Source of the DNA: an uncultured Planctomycetia bacterium
GTDB lineage: Bacteria > Omnitrophota > Gorgyraeia > Duberdicusellales > 4484-171
DNA: 64,000 nt
Direction of reading: 5' to 3'
Assembly (NCBI GenBank): GCA_964489445.1
Contig: CAZAYU010000007.1
Location: 37,579-101,578, forward strand
The number at the start of each line of letters is the position of its first letter. The stretch's first letter is position 1. Of the stretch, positions 38,675 through 48,550 are shown piece by piece. Made by a program: the position numbers and the translations under genes. Below the pieces are notes generated by a model that was not told the DNA's origin, made no database searches, and was given only the letters and a program-made list of their open reading frames with translations.

Positions 38675-39541
38675 ATGAAACACAAAAAAATAAAAATTAA
38701 TTTGGCTAAATCTGCTGGATTTTGCTTCGGGGTTAAAAGAGCAATAAAAATAGCCAAACAAATAACTACATCAGACCTAAGAATAGAAATGCTCGGGCCG
38801 ATAGTGCACAACGAAGATGTGTCACGCGAAATCGAAGCAGGCGGGGTCAAAACAGTCAAAAGTATCAAGGAAGGAAAAAAAAGAGCCCTACTTATTCGAG
38901 CTCACGGAACACCATTAAAAACAATACAAAAAGCAAAAGCTTTAGGTTATAAAATAATTGACGCAACATGCCCGATGGTCAAGGAAATACATAAAATTGC
39001 AATAAATATGGAACAAAAAAATTATAGGATTATTGTAATTGGCGATAAAGACCATGCTGAAGTAAAAGGAATTATCGGACATCTAGAAAAAAAAGCACTA
39101 GTTATTGAAAACGAAAAAACTGTACCAACAAAAAACATAAAAAAAATAAAAAAAGCCTGCGTAGTTGTTCAGTCAACACAAAACACAAGAACAGTAGAAA
39201 AAATTATTGTTTTATTGAAACAAAGCATTAAGGATTTAAAATTCTTTAATACTGTCTGCCAGACAACCAGGACTAAGCAAACAGAAATCCGTACTATGCC
39301 ACTTGAGAACGATGTGATGTTTATTATTGGATCAAAAAACAGTGCGAATACAAAACGATTATATGAAATATCAAAATCAATCAACAATAAAAGCTATTGG
39401 ATCCAGTCAGACAACGATATAAGAAAAAACTACCTTATTGGCTACAACAATATCGGAATCACGGCCGGCGCCTCCACCCCTGACTCTACCACTAAAAAAA
39501 TAATTGAAAAAATAAGGAAACTAACTGCTAAAGCTAAGTAA
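38675..39541 (+). CDS. ispH: 4-hydroxy-3-methylbut-2-enyl diphosphate reductase
   Basis: Three conserved Cys are present (AGFCFGVKRA, DATCPMV, NTVCQTT) and the protein is 288 aa. Confidence 0.9.
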   Translation: MKHKKIKINLAKSAGFCFGVKRAIKIAKQITTSDLRIEMLGPIVHNEDVSREIEAGGVKTVKSIKEGKKRALLIRAHGTPLKTIQKAKALGYKIIDATCPMVKEIHKIAINMEQKNYRIIVIGDKDHAEVKGIIGHLEKKALVIENEKTVPTKNIKKIKKACVVVQSTQNTRTVEKIIVLLKQSIKDLKFFNTVCQTTRTKQTEIRTMPLENDVMFIIGSKNSANTKRLYEISKSINNKSYWIQSDNDIRKNYLIGYNNIGITAGASTPDSTTKKIIEKIRKLTAKAK

Positions 39542-39544
39542 GCT

Positions 39545-39943
39545 TTATTCGTACCGAAGAGCTTCGATTGGACTTAAACGCGCAGCTTTATAGGCCGGCC
39601 AAAGACCAAAGCCAATACCGACAGCTATAGAAAATGTTGTTGATAAAATAACACTAAAAAGAGAAACTCTAGTTTCCCACCCAAATACAGTCGACATTAT
39701 AAATGCCGAGCCAGACCCCAGAACAATACCTACTAAACCGCCACCTAAAGACATTACGACCGACTCAATTAAAAACTGGGTCATCACATCATTAGCTCGT
39801 GCGCCTAGCGCTTTACGCAATCCAATTTCCCGAGTTCGTTCGGTAACTGAAACTAACATAATATTTATAATTCCAATGCCACCTACTAAAAGCGATATTG
39901 CGGCAATGCAACCCAAAGGAACGTTCGACTGTCTTTTTTCCAT
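39545..39943 (-). pseudogene. C-terminal fragment (132 codons) of a MacB/LolE-type FtsX-domain ABC permease
   Basis: The sequence ...[44 protein letters not shown]...[10 protein letters not shown] is the last TM bundle of an FtsX permease. Only 118 bp separate it from the next gene, and there is no room for the remaining roughly 270 codons or for an ATPase partner. Confidence 0.55.
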
Positions 39944-40061
39944 TCTTTGCCATTCTTCTTAATTATGCTCATTAAATAGACCATAATCCTTCCACTGCTT
40001 ATGCTATTGCACTGTGTTGACAGCCCATTATACAAAAGAATTATGGTTAGCGAGAATATTC

Positions 40062-40673
40062 TTAAACAGAGTGTTTATTTAAGCAGTTTTGCAAAAAGTC
40101 GCTTGCTTGCTGTTTACATTGACCACAGACAGTACCTATTTTAGTTCTTTCTTGAAGTTCTATATATGTTTTTGCTCCGTCTAACACTACTTGTTCTATC
40201 TCCCGATCAGTAATATTCATACATTTACACACCACATGTGTTTCTTTTTCTGCTATCTCGTTAACAATTCCTTGCCGTAGATAGTAATCATTTATTGCAG
40301 CCCTTAGCGCTTTGTCTCCTAAAACCGAACAATGAATTTTATGCTCCGGCAACCCACCCAACTCCTTAATAATATCTTGAGGTGAAATAGCGTAGGCTTG
40401 CTTTAATGTTTTTCCTTTTGTAATCTCTGAAAGTATAGAGGTGCTAGCTATAGCACTAGCGCAGCCATAAGTTCTCCACTTACAATCAGTAATAATTTTT
40501 TTTTGTTTGTCAACTTTTATCACCAATAACATCTCATCGCCACAACCTACATTACCCACCTTACCTTTCCCATCATAGGTGTCAGGATCTTCATGCTCTC
40601 CGAGAATGTTATGCGGATTGGTGAAATGCTCTTTTAGCTTATCAGAATAAACCCACTTAGGCTGCTGGCTCAT
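40062..40673 (-). CDS. nifU: NifU-like Fe-S scaffold (IscU-like N-domain plus BFD-like 2Fe-2S C-domain)
   Basis: The N-domain has GNVGCGDEM...C...C, and the C-terminal has CKCMNITDREIE...TVCGQC. Confidence 0.75.
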   Translation of the reverse strand: MSQQPKWVYSDKLKEHFTNPHNILGEHEDPDTYDGKGKVGNVGCGDEMLLVIKVDKQKKIITDCKWRTYGCASAIASTSILSEITKGKTLKQAYAISPQDIIKELGGLPEHKIHCSVLGDKALRAAINDYYLRQGIVNEIAEKETHVVCKCMNITDREIEQVVLDGAKTYIELQERTKIGTVCGQCKQQASDFLQNCLNKHSV

Positions 40674-41863
40674 TTTTGACTCCTTGTTCGACGGACAGTA
40701 GACATTGCTCGAATCTTTTTTATAACCCTTGGTAAAACTTCCAGAACATAGTTAACTTCTTCTATTGTATTCTGTTTACCTAAACTTATACGTATAGAAC
40801 CATGTGCCTGCTCTGCATTTAATCCGCAAGCCAGCAACACATGCGAAGGTTCAAGAGATCCAGAAGCGCAAGCTGATCCGGTAGAAACTGCTATATCTTC
40901 TAAATCAAGATACAATAAGATTGCTTCGCCCTCAGCACCCGGAAAAGATACGTTCAGCGTGCCAGGCAAGCAATCTGTAGGATGGCCATTGAACTTGACA
41001 TCCGGAATATTATTCTCAATACCCTTTCTAAGTGCTGACTTCAAAGCTAGTAATTTTTTCTTCTCTTCTTCCATTTCCAAATCACGCATTTCGATTGCTT
41101 TGCCTAAGCCAACAACCCCTAAAGTGTTTTCGGTTCCAGCCCGACGACCTTTCTCCTGATGTCCACCGCGGATCAATGAGCAGAAAGGGATTCCCTTTCT
41201 TACATATAGAGCACCAACTCCTTTAGGTCCGTAAATTTTATGAGCTGAAAGTGTAAGAAAATCAACGTTTAGGTCCTTCACGTTTACGGGAATTTTTCCT
41301 ACCGTCTGAACTGCATCGCTATGAAACAACGCCCCTTTTTCATGAACAATTTCCGCAATAGTCTTTATATCCTGGATTACGCCAATCTCATTATTAGCCA
41401 TCATTATAGATACCAGTCCCACTTTATCATTAAGACGCTCTTTGAGCTGTTTAAGATTAACCTTTCCCTCAAGATCAACACTAAGGTGCACAACTTCTAA
41501 CCCTCTATCGCTGAGACACTTGGATGTTTCCAATATACAAGGATGCTCGATGTGTGTAGTTACAATATTGCTTCTCATCTTGCGGCGAGAAGCACACTCC
41601 TGAGAAAGACAGCCAAAAGTCGATAAAACAGTATTGTTCGCTTCTGAGCCACTGCCAACAAATATAATTTCCTGAGAATCAGCGCCAATAAAAGAAGCAA
41701 CCCTCTCTCTAGCATCCTCAATTAATTCTTTCGCCTGACGTCCTAGACTATGCAGGCTAGAAGGATTGCCAAAAATATCCATAACCGAAATCATTGCTTT
41801 TTTAACTTCAATGTGTATCGGAGTAGTCGCATTATGATCTAAATAAACTTGTTGTTTAAACAT
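40670..41863 (-). CDS. nifS: Cysteine desulfurase NifS/IscS
   Basis: The PLP-lysine motif is SAHKIYGPKGVGALY and the catalytic Cys loop is SSGSACASG. Confidence 0.9.
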   Translation of the reverse strand: MFKQQVYLDHNATTPIHIEVKKAMISVMDIFGNPSSLHSLGRQAKELIEDARERVASFIGADSQEIIFVGSGSEANNTVLSTFGCLSQECASRRKMRSNIVTTHIEHPCILETSKCLSDRGLEVVHLSVDLEGKVNLKQLKERLNDKVGLVSIMMANNEIGVIQDIKTIAEIVHEKGALFHSDAVQTVGKIPVNVKDLNVDFLTLSAHKIYGPKGVGALYVRKGIPFCSLIRGGHQEKGRRAGTENTLGVVGLGKAIEMRDLEMEEEKKKLLALKSALRKGIENNIPDVKFNGHPTDCLPGTLNVSFPGAEGEAILLYLDLEDIAVSTGSACASGSLEPSHVLLACGLNAEQAHGSIRISLGKQNTIEEVNYVLEVLPRVIKKIRAMSTVRRTRSQK

Positions 41864-41927
41864 ATCTTATCTCCAGTATTATCATACTTTTATTGAGCGC
41901 AACTTCTGAGTAATTCCTTTTTTCCAA

Positions 41928-42980
41928 TTAAGCAATTTGTATCTCAGTTTCCAGATATACATCTTGCACAGCACAAAGCAGTTCAACACCCTCTTTCATC
42001 GGCTTTTGAAATGCTTTACGCCCAGAAATAAGGCCGGTGCCTCCGGCACGCTTATTAATTACTGCTGTCTTTACTGCTTGCTGTAAATCATTTTTTCCTG
42101 AAGGTCCACCAGAATTAATTAAACCTATTCTACCCATGTAACAATTGGCTACTTGATAACGAGCCAAGTCAATTGGATGGTCAGAGGTTAACTTCTGATA
42201 AACTAATGGATGTGTTTTTCCGAATCCAATAGCAGTATATCCGTTGTTATTGGTTGGAAGCTTTTGTTTTATAATATCTGCTTCAATTGTTACTCCTAAG
42301 TGATTTGCTTGAGAGGTTAAGTCGCTTGCTGAATGGTAATCAACTCCCTCTTTTGTAAACGCATCATTACGCAGATAACACCACAATACAGTAAACATCC
42401 CTAATTCATGCGCGCGAAAAAAAGCGCTCGACACTTCTTCAATCTGCCGGCGCGCCTCCTCAGACCCAAAATAAATAGTTGCGCCTATCCCCATCGCTCC
42501 CAAATCAAATGCTTGTTCAACCGAGGCAAATAACCGCTGGTCAAAAGAATTCGGATAAGTAAGTAGTTCGTTGTGATTAATTTTAACAATAAACGGTATT
42601 TTGTGAGCATACTTACGCGATACAGATCCTAATACTCCCAAAGTAGAAGCAACTGCGTTACACCCGCCTTCTAAGGCAAGCTTAACAATATTCTCCGGAT
42701 CAAAATAGATAGGGTTAGGTGCAAATGAAGCTCCAGCAGAATGCTCAACCCCTTGATCAACTGGCAATATTGACAAATACCCGGTTTTACCCAGCCGTCC
42801 ATGGTTAAACATTGCTTGTAATCTCTGTAAAACTTGATTGTTCCGATCAGAGACTAAAAAAACTTTATCGATAAAGTTTGGCCCCGGCAAGTGTAAATCT
42901 TCCTTTGAAATTGTTTTGCACTGATGGTCCAATAAAAATTGCGCATCGTCTCCTAACAATCCAATTATTTTTTCGTTCAT
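41928..42980 (-). CDS. fbaB: Class I fructose-bisphosphate aldolase (FbaB/DhnA type)
   Basis: It is near-collinear with E. coli FbaB as I recall it ([33 protein letters not shown]) and is 350 aa. Confidence 0.85.
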   Translation of the reverse strand: MNEKIIGLLGDDAQFLLDHQCKTISKEDLHLPGPNFIDKVFLVSDRNNQVLQRLQAMFNHGRLGKTGYLSILPVDQGVEHSAGASFAPNPIYFDPENIVKLALEGGCNAVASTLGVLGSVSRKYAHKIPFIVKINHNELLTYPNSFDQRLFASVEQAFDLGAMGIGATIYFGSEEARRQIEEVSSAFFRAHELGMFTVLWCYLRNDAFTKEGVDYHSASDLTSQANHLGVTIEADIIKQKLPTNNNGYTAIGFGKTHPLVYQKLTSDHPIDLARYQVANCYMGRIGLINSGGPSGKNDLQQAVKTAVINKRAGGTGLISGRKAFQKPMKEGVELLCAVQDVYLETEIQIA

Positions 42981-43024
42981 TATACCCCCCTCTTTTGTGA
43001 TACTATTAATACTTTAGCATACCA

Positions 43025-43804
43025 TTATTTTATTTCTACTGATATCTGAGAATTAAACGGATTGGTTCTAACCGCCAGGGAAAAAAGATATGGATAACTA
43101 AGTTTTAAATGCTTTAAATAGTGCAGCCACTCGACAATTAACAGTTGATAGCCTCTTTGGATGTCTCCGGCTAAATGCCGATAATCATTATCCGAAAGAC
43201 CATCAAGATTATCCCGATATATTAGTTCCTCCGCTAGATGAAAGATCGCCCACAACAAATCAGTAAACGAATCATGTTCCAACAGATTAGGATTCTCTAA
43301 AAGATTTAAAAGAAAGGGTCGTTTTTGTTGGAGAAGCTGTTTAAGCATCTTTAAGCTGCCCTTTTGAGTATTAATATCATAATGATGGTTTCGAAAGTTC
43401 TTACAGTGTTTCCAAAAATGTTTTTCGGACCATTCTCCAATTTCTGATAGCTTTGCTTGCGTTCTAGCTACATTCTGATCAAGACCTGAAAAAATTCTCA
43501 AAAGATCTACTCCTGCTTCACTAAAAAACACACCAATAACCATATTTAGTTTGTTCAACATTAACTTTTTTTCCCGGCGATGCAAAAGCTGATGTAATAC
43601 CAAAGTAACCAACAAAACTTCAAGAAATACAAAAGCAATATCACCTACAAGATAAATAAAAATATGATGGACATCATGGAAAATAAAGTAATGAAGAAAA
43701 TAAAAAAATGCCGACAGCAGCACTAAAATAACTCCCAAAAATACTTGCCAATTAACTTTTTTTCTACTCATTTTACCTTTCCTCCACTTACCGGTTTTCA
43801 TCAC
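43025..43804 (-). CDS. Hypothetical membrane-anchored protein (2 TM plus a helical cytoplasmic domain)
   Basis: It is basic with a hydrophobic N-terminus and has no recognisable motif. It is co-oriented with the DUF1302/DUF1329/RND module. Confidence 0.3.
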   Translation of the reverse strand: MMKTGKWRKGKMSRKKVNWQVFLGVILVLLSAFFYFLHYFIFHDVHHIFIYLVGDIAFVFLEVLLVTLVLHQLLHRREKKLMLNKLNMVIGVFFSEAGVDLLRIFSGLDQNVARTQAKLSEIGEWSEKHFWKHCKNFRNHHYDINTQKGSLKMLKQLLQQKRPFLLNLLENPNLLEHDSFTDLLWAIFHLAEELIYRDNLDGLSDNDYRHLAGDIQRGYQLLIVEWLHYLKHLKLSYPYLFSLAVRTNPFNSQISVEIK

Positions 43805-43837
43805 GTTAAAAATTCCACTGCTACCTTTATGCGCTAA

Positions 43838-45130
43838 TTAAAAACTGTATCGAATTCGGAAAAAAACATTTTTATTTTTTTTCATTTGCCCAAATTCAGT
43901 AGTCTCATCTTCTCCCCATGGCAGATCAGCACCAAGTGTAATATTTAAGCGATCGCTTGCGTTATACCCGACGCTGGGACGTATATATCCGTCTTTATCT
44001 GAAGGGGAATAGAATACAAATAACGAAACAGTGAGATTTTGATTCAGTAACAATTTAGTGATTCGATTCGTCACAAGGTGCCGATATTCGTCCCAAAAAT
44101 AATCACCCGGTAGGAGATTATCTATATAGTTTTGATAATTAAGCTTTTGTTCGTAAAGATATTGGAAACCAATTTGTAAATCATTACCTAAATCTTTCGA
44201 ATATCCAGCCATTATTTTGATTATTGAATTTTCAATAAGCCTGTTATTCCCTTGAGAATCATCGCGTGATCTTGAATATCCAAATTCAACATTTGTAATC
44301 CCTGAACAAAATGGTCCGCGAATACTGGCGCCGTAAACATCTATTCGCTCATAGAATAATTGTTGTGCAGCTTCATTCTTATAGCTTCGAGGATTTTTGT
44401 CAAAGCCACGAAAATAATAAAACGCTGCCTCATTGCTATTAAAATTACGGTAAACTCTTAACGCATATTGATTGTTTGACATCTGAAATGGTGGCTCAAT
44501 AAATTGACGCCGAGAATCGGTGCCAGTAATCTCCCCTTGAAAACTATCGAAGAAAGATAATCGATCACCCTCGGCAAAAGTATTTGGAGTAAAATAAGGA
44601 ATAACCACAAAATCAACGCTGAACTGTTGCGGGTAAACAGAAAATTTAATCGCGTTTGATGGTTTCTTTAAATATTCATCATCCCGTCCGGCAAAAAAGG
44701 AAACATAGTCTTTAGGGAACATATCGTTAATAAATAGATAGTCTCCGGTTCCCCATGTTAATATTTGTCGGCCAATTTTTGCATCAAGAAAATCAAATGG
44801 TGTAAATAGTAAATTTGCCTCCCGTAATAGAAAATCAGTTCTGCCAGAAAAATACTCATCAATTAAAAAATCACCCTTAAAATTAACAACCGCTCCTTTA
44901 TCTGCTAAATAATTTTCGCCCTCAAAATAATAATTAGTTGCAAACTGAAAACGTTGCTCAAGAAGATTGTAGGCATCGTGCTTAGTGGTATCGTTGCTTA
45001 GCTTTACTCCGTAGCTAGCCTCTATGAAACCGTGGAATTCTACCGGTTGAGCAAAACACATAATCGGAAACAAAACAATCCCAATAAACAAAGTAATAAC
45101 TAAAGAACACTTGATATTCATCTCACCCAT
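43838..45130 (-). CDS. DUF1302-like outer-membrane beta-barrel protein
   Basis: A signal peptide is followed by Gly/aromatic-rich beta-strand periodicity, and the protein ends in a C-terminal aromatic (FFRIRYSF). It is encoded with DUF1329 and an RND transporter. Confidence 0.5.
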   Translation of the reverse strand: MGEMNIKCSLVITLFIGIVLFPIMCFAQPVEFHGFIEASYGVKLSNDTTKHDAYNLLEQRFQFATNYYFEGENYLADKGAVVNFKGDFLIDEYFSGRTDFLLREANLLFTPFDFLDAKIGRQILTWGTGDYLFINDMFPKDYVSFFAGRDDEYLKKPSNAIKFSVYPQQFSVDFVVIPYFTPNTFAEGDRLSFFDSFQGEITGTDSRRQFIEPPFQMSNNQYALRVYRNFNSNEAAFYYFRGFDKNPRSYKNEAAQQLFYERIDVYGASIRGPFCSGITNVEFGYSRSRDDSQGNNRLIENSIIKIMAGYSKDLGNDLQIGFQYLYEQKLNYQNYIDNLLPGDYFWDEYRHLVTNRITKLLLNQNLTVSLFVFYSPSDKDGYIRPSVGYNASDRLNITLGADLPWGEDETTEFGQMKKNKNVFFRIRYSF

Positions 45131-45939
45131 TCAGACGGTGCTCTCCGCAGATAACGTTCGGTGTATATTTCCTCAGTCAAGCCAACATCGTACTTCGTAT
45201 CAGAGAACTCCATAATAGTTTGTCCTCCGCGCTCTAGGTCTCTAGCTTGCGATTTTATTACTGTGGGATTTCCCTGGATTTCTAATATTTCTAAAGCCTC
45301 AATAACTCTAATTAGTTTTCCATCTTCATTGTAATATTCAGCTTTTACCGGAATAAAATTTTGCTTGTTAACAGTCACTATATAGTAGCTAAATTCGTTA
45401 CCTTTTTGCACTTTTGGAATGCTTTTGATCCTATAATAGCTACCTTCATCGCTGATTAATTGATGAGTATCAGCATCAATTCCTCTTCCGGATACATCTT
45501 CGTAAGCAAAGTGCGAACCAACAAAACTTGACCGTTTATCCGAAGCAGAAATTCTTCTCACTAAATCAAGCGCGGGCATATACATCCAGCGATCATCATC
45601 CTTACCCAAATGTTTCCAGACCATAAATACCATTTTTCGCACATCTGCTGGTTTATTGAAATAAACATAAAATTTTTGCTCACCACCGTTTTGAATGTCC
45701 AAACGAAGTATTTGAAATTCTCTAACCCGTTGGCGTCCCTGTGAATCAATAATTGTCATTTTTACTTTAGATTTACCATCATCACCGCTATAATACGCAG
45801 CAAGATTTGCTTTCTCAACTATTTCTTCAACCGAAAGCTCTTTGGCTAATGCCAAACTAGACATAGACGAGAAGACCACTGCGCCTACTAAAAATAAATT
45901 AAACATTTTCCTCATTTTTTTACCTCCAATACTGAACAC
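45118..45939 (-). CDS. DUF1329/LolA-like outer-membrane lipoprotein-sorting family protein
   Basis: It has a signal peptide, is 273 aa, and is in the typical genomic association with a DUF1302 protein and an RND exporter. Confidence 0.5.
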   Translation of the reverse strand: MFSIGGKKMRKMFNLFLVGAVVFSSMSSLALAKELSVEEIVEKANLAAYYSGDDGKSKVKMTIIDSQGRQRVREFQILRLDIQNGGEQKFYVYFNKPADVRKMVFMVWKHLGKDDDRWMYMPALDLVRRISASDKRSSFVGSHFAYEDVSGRGIDADTHQLISDEGSYYRIKSIPKVQKGNEFSYYIVTVNKQNFIPVKAEYYNEDGKLIRVIEALEILEIQGNPTVIKSQARDLERGGQTIMEFSDTKYDVGLTEEIYTERYLRRAPSEWVR

Positions 45940-48431
45940 TGTTTATATTTAGAAACAAAATGACAAGCTCCTGCAAAAAAAACAACCACTCCTATAGAAA
46001 TAAAAGTAGCAACCGGCCAATCTAAAACTGTATACCCCAAAAGAACATACGCAACAGCAAACGCAACAAATAAAGCGACTAACAAGCACTGGCTGTAACT
46101 ACATCCTATTTTGTCTAAATTTTTATTGAATATTATCTCTGGCTTTAAAGATATTAAAGCTGGGATAAGGAACAAGGTCGCCAAGCTTGAAACAGCCATA
46201 ATCATAAACATAAAAAAACCAACAGTCTTATAAGGAACTAACGGCGCAGCTAACAGCGGCAAAAAACCAATTGCCACAACTAATGCATTACGAATAATTG
46301 CCCTACCAGGCCCGGAGAACATTTCTGAAGCAATCTCATCCCAGGATTTCACAGAGCGACTTAATTCCACAGCCCGCTGAATAAAATGAATAGCAAAATC
46401 AACTGATAATCCTAATGTCAAGGCAGAAAGAACGGCAATTGGCATGTCGTAATCTTTTTGGAAAAACCCTAATAAGCTGTATATAAATAATATAGTTACT
46501 GTCAATGGAATCATAGAAATCAGTGCCTTTACTGGAGAACGAAACAAAAATAACATCATAAATAAGACAATCACAAAACTACCGATAAAATTTTTGAGCA
46601 TCCCCACAACCATATTATTTTGCCAAACAACATTAATATAGGTTAATCCGGCCCACTTATGCTCAATCGAAAACGGCAGGGGATTATTTTTGATAAATGC
46701 ATCCACTAGCTTAATTACCCTATCCATATCTTTATTGTCGCCGCTTTTTAACTGAACCCAAATATTTAATTTAGAGTAGTCTGGTGTAGACATGTGCCAA
46801 AGATCATCTGGCTTATGCGAATTTTCAAAAGCAAGTAAACACTGTGCAACAGCAGCTTTACTTTTTGGAATAACATTATTAATTTTATCTCCTCCCAATA
46901 ACTCATAATAAATTTTCTTAACAATATCTGCTAAAGAAGTCGTTTTTCCTACATATCCACTATCAATCATCATCTTTTGTAACGATTCAACGTGTAACAA
47001 CATTTCTGGATAAATAAAAACTTCTGACTCATCACTTTTATTCTCCAGCACCAGATAAGCCTCATATGTTCCGGACAAATGTTTATTTAGCAGGCGATCA
47101 GCTACGCGGATCGGGTGCTTATAGCTAAACCATCTAACTGGATTATCATTAACCTGTACTTTGGTGATTCCATAGATTGACAGCCCGACCAAAAAAATGG
47201 TAATCGCTATAATTACTTTTGAGTTTTTTAAGGAAACTGTTTTAATTCTGCTCAGTATTTTATCAATGATGGCTCCACCGGTTTTATTTTTTTTTGTCTT
47301 AAATCGCTTAAAATTATCCGCTTTCATTAACATGATATACGCAGGAATAAATAAAATTGTAAGTATCCAAGCAATAATCACCCCGAAAGCAACAAGCACG
47401 CCAAATATTTGAACTGGAGGTATCGGGGAAAAAGACAATGAAAAAAATCCAGCTGCAGAAGTCAGTGACGTGAACAACATCGGGCTAAACAGCTCGTCTA
47501 AAACAAATTTAATTGTTTTTTTGCGATCTTGATAAATAGCATACTTATCAAAAAACTCACTTAATATATGCACTGAATCCAAAACAGCAATCGGCATTAG
47601 AAAAATCGGTATCATCGAGCTCATAATATGTACCGGAAAACCAAACCCGATTAGCACACCCATGGTGATAATCACAGTCGAAACTGCAACAATCATTGGA
47701 GCAATGATTAGCCTTACTGATTTAAAAAAGAACCACATCAGCAAAAAAATTATCAACCCGGCTAAAGGAGCAGAAATGGCCATTTGCTTAAACATTTCTG
47801 CTCCAAACTGATCATTAGCTATAGGCAACCCGGCAAAATAAAACTTTTCCTGCCCAGTATAATTATCCGTAATACTTTTAATTTCTTGCGATATTTCATA
47901 GCTTAAGCTCTTTTTTTTAATCGGAATATACAAAGCAATCATTTTGCCATCTTCAGAAACCATTGTTCCGTAAAACATCGGATTATCTTTAGCTTCATCA
48001 CGAATTAGCAATGCTTCTTTACGGCTAACTGGAGGTTTATCCATTAACCAGTTAAATCTAACTTCCCCAATGCCACCTTGTTGAATGTTATCTTTGGTGG
48101 AAGGAGCAATTATTTCTTGAGGAATAACCCCGGGTATTTTTTTTATTTCTGCAGTAAGATTATAAATTTTTTCTAAGCTGCTAACATTAAATACACCGTC
48201 CGGGTGAGCATCGTTAGTAATCCCGACTACGATAAGATCATAAAGCTTAAACTCCTGCTTCATCTCACGATTAAATATACGCGCCGGTGCACTTTCAGAG
48301 AGCATATTCTCCGGATCAGTATCCACCTTAATTTTAGAGAATTGGCCCAAAGCAATAACCACCAAAAGTAGCGTTAGGCTGATAATTATTTTTGGCCGGC
48401 CAATGGTATATTTAATAATTCTTTTGATCAT
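45912..48431 (-). CDS. RND-superfamily exporter (MMPL/HpnN-like, two SSD repeats)
   Basis: At 839 aa it has 12 predicted TM segments in two repeats, each preceded by a large periplasmic loop. Confidence 0.8.
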   Translation of the reverse strand: MIKRIIKYTIGRPKIIISLTLLLVVIALGQFSKIKVDTDPENMLSESAPARIFNREMKQEFKLYDLIVVGITNDAHPDGVFNVSSLEKIYNLTAEIKKIPGVIPQEIIAPSTKDNIQQGGIGEVRFNWLMDKPPVSRKEALLIRDEAKDNPMFYGTMVSEDGKMIALYIPIKKKSLSYEISQEIKSITDNYTGQEKFYFAGLPIANDQFGAEMFKQMAISAPLAGLIIFLLMWFFFKSVRLIIAPMIVAVSTVIITMGVLIGFGFPVHIMSSMIPIFLMPIAVLDSVHILSEFFDKYAIYQDRKKTIKFVLDELFSPMLFTSLTSAAGFFSLSFSPIPPVQIFGVLVAFGVIIAWILTILFIPAYIMLMKADNFKRFKTKKNKTGGAIIDKILSRIKTVSLKNSKVIIAITIFLVGLSIYGITKVQVNDNPVRWFSYKHPIRVADRLLNKHLSGTYEAYLVLENKSDESEVFIYPEMLLHVESLQKMMIDSGYVGKTTSLADIVKKIYYELLGGDKINNVIPKSKAAVAQCLLAFENSHKPDDLWHMSTPDYSKLNIWVQLKSGDNKDMDRVIKLVDAFIKNNPLPFSIEHKWAGLTYINVVWQNNMVVGMLKNFIGSFVIVLFMMLFLFRSPVKALISMIPLTVTILFIYSLLGFFQKDYDMPIAVLSALTLGLSVDFAIHFIQRAVELSRSVKSWDEIASEMFSGPGRAIIRNALVVAIGFLPLLAAPLVPYKTVGFFMFMIMAVSSLATLFLIPALISLKPEIIFNKNLDKIGCSYSQCLLVALFVAFAVAYVLLGYTVLDWPVATFISIGVVVFFAGACHFVSKYKQCSVLEVKK

Positions 48432-48550
48432 ATCTTCTCCCTGCTTAAATAAATTATTATCTGCCTCTATGATAATTTAGTAACTATACTGCAATTAAAG
48501 CCAATTAAGACTACAACTGGTTTGAATATAATGTATTACTTATTATTTTT

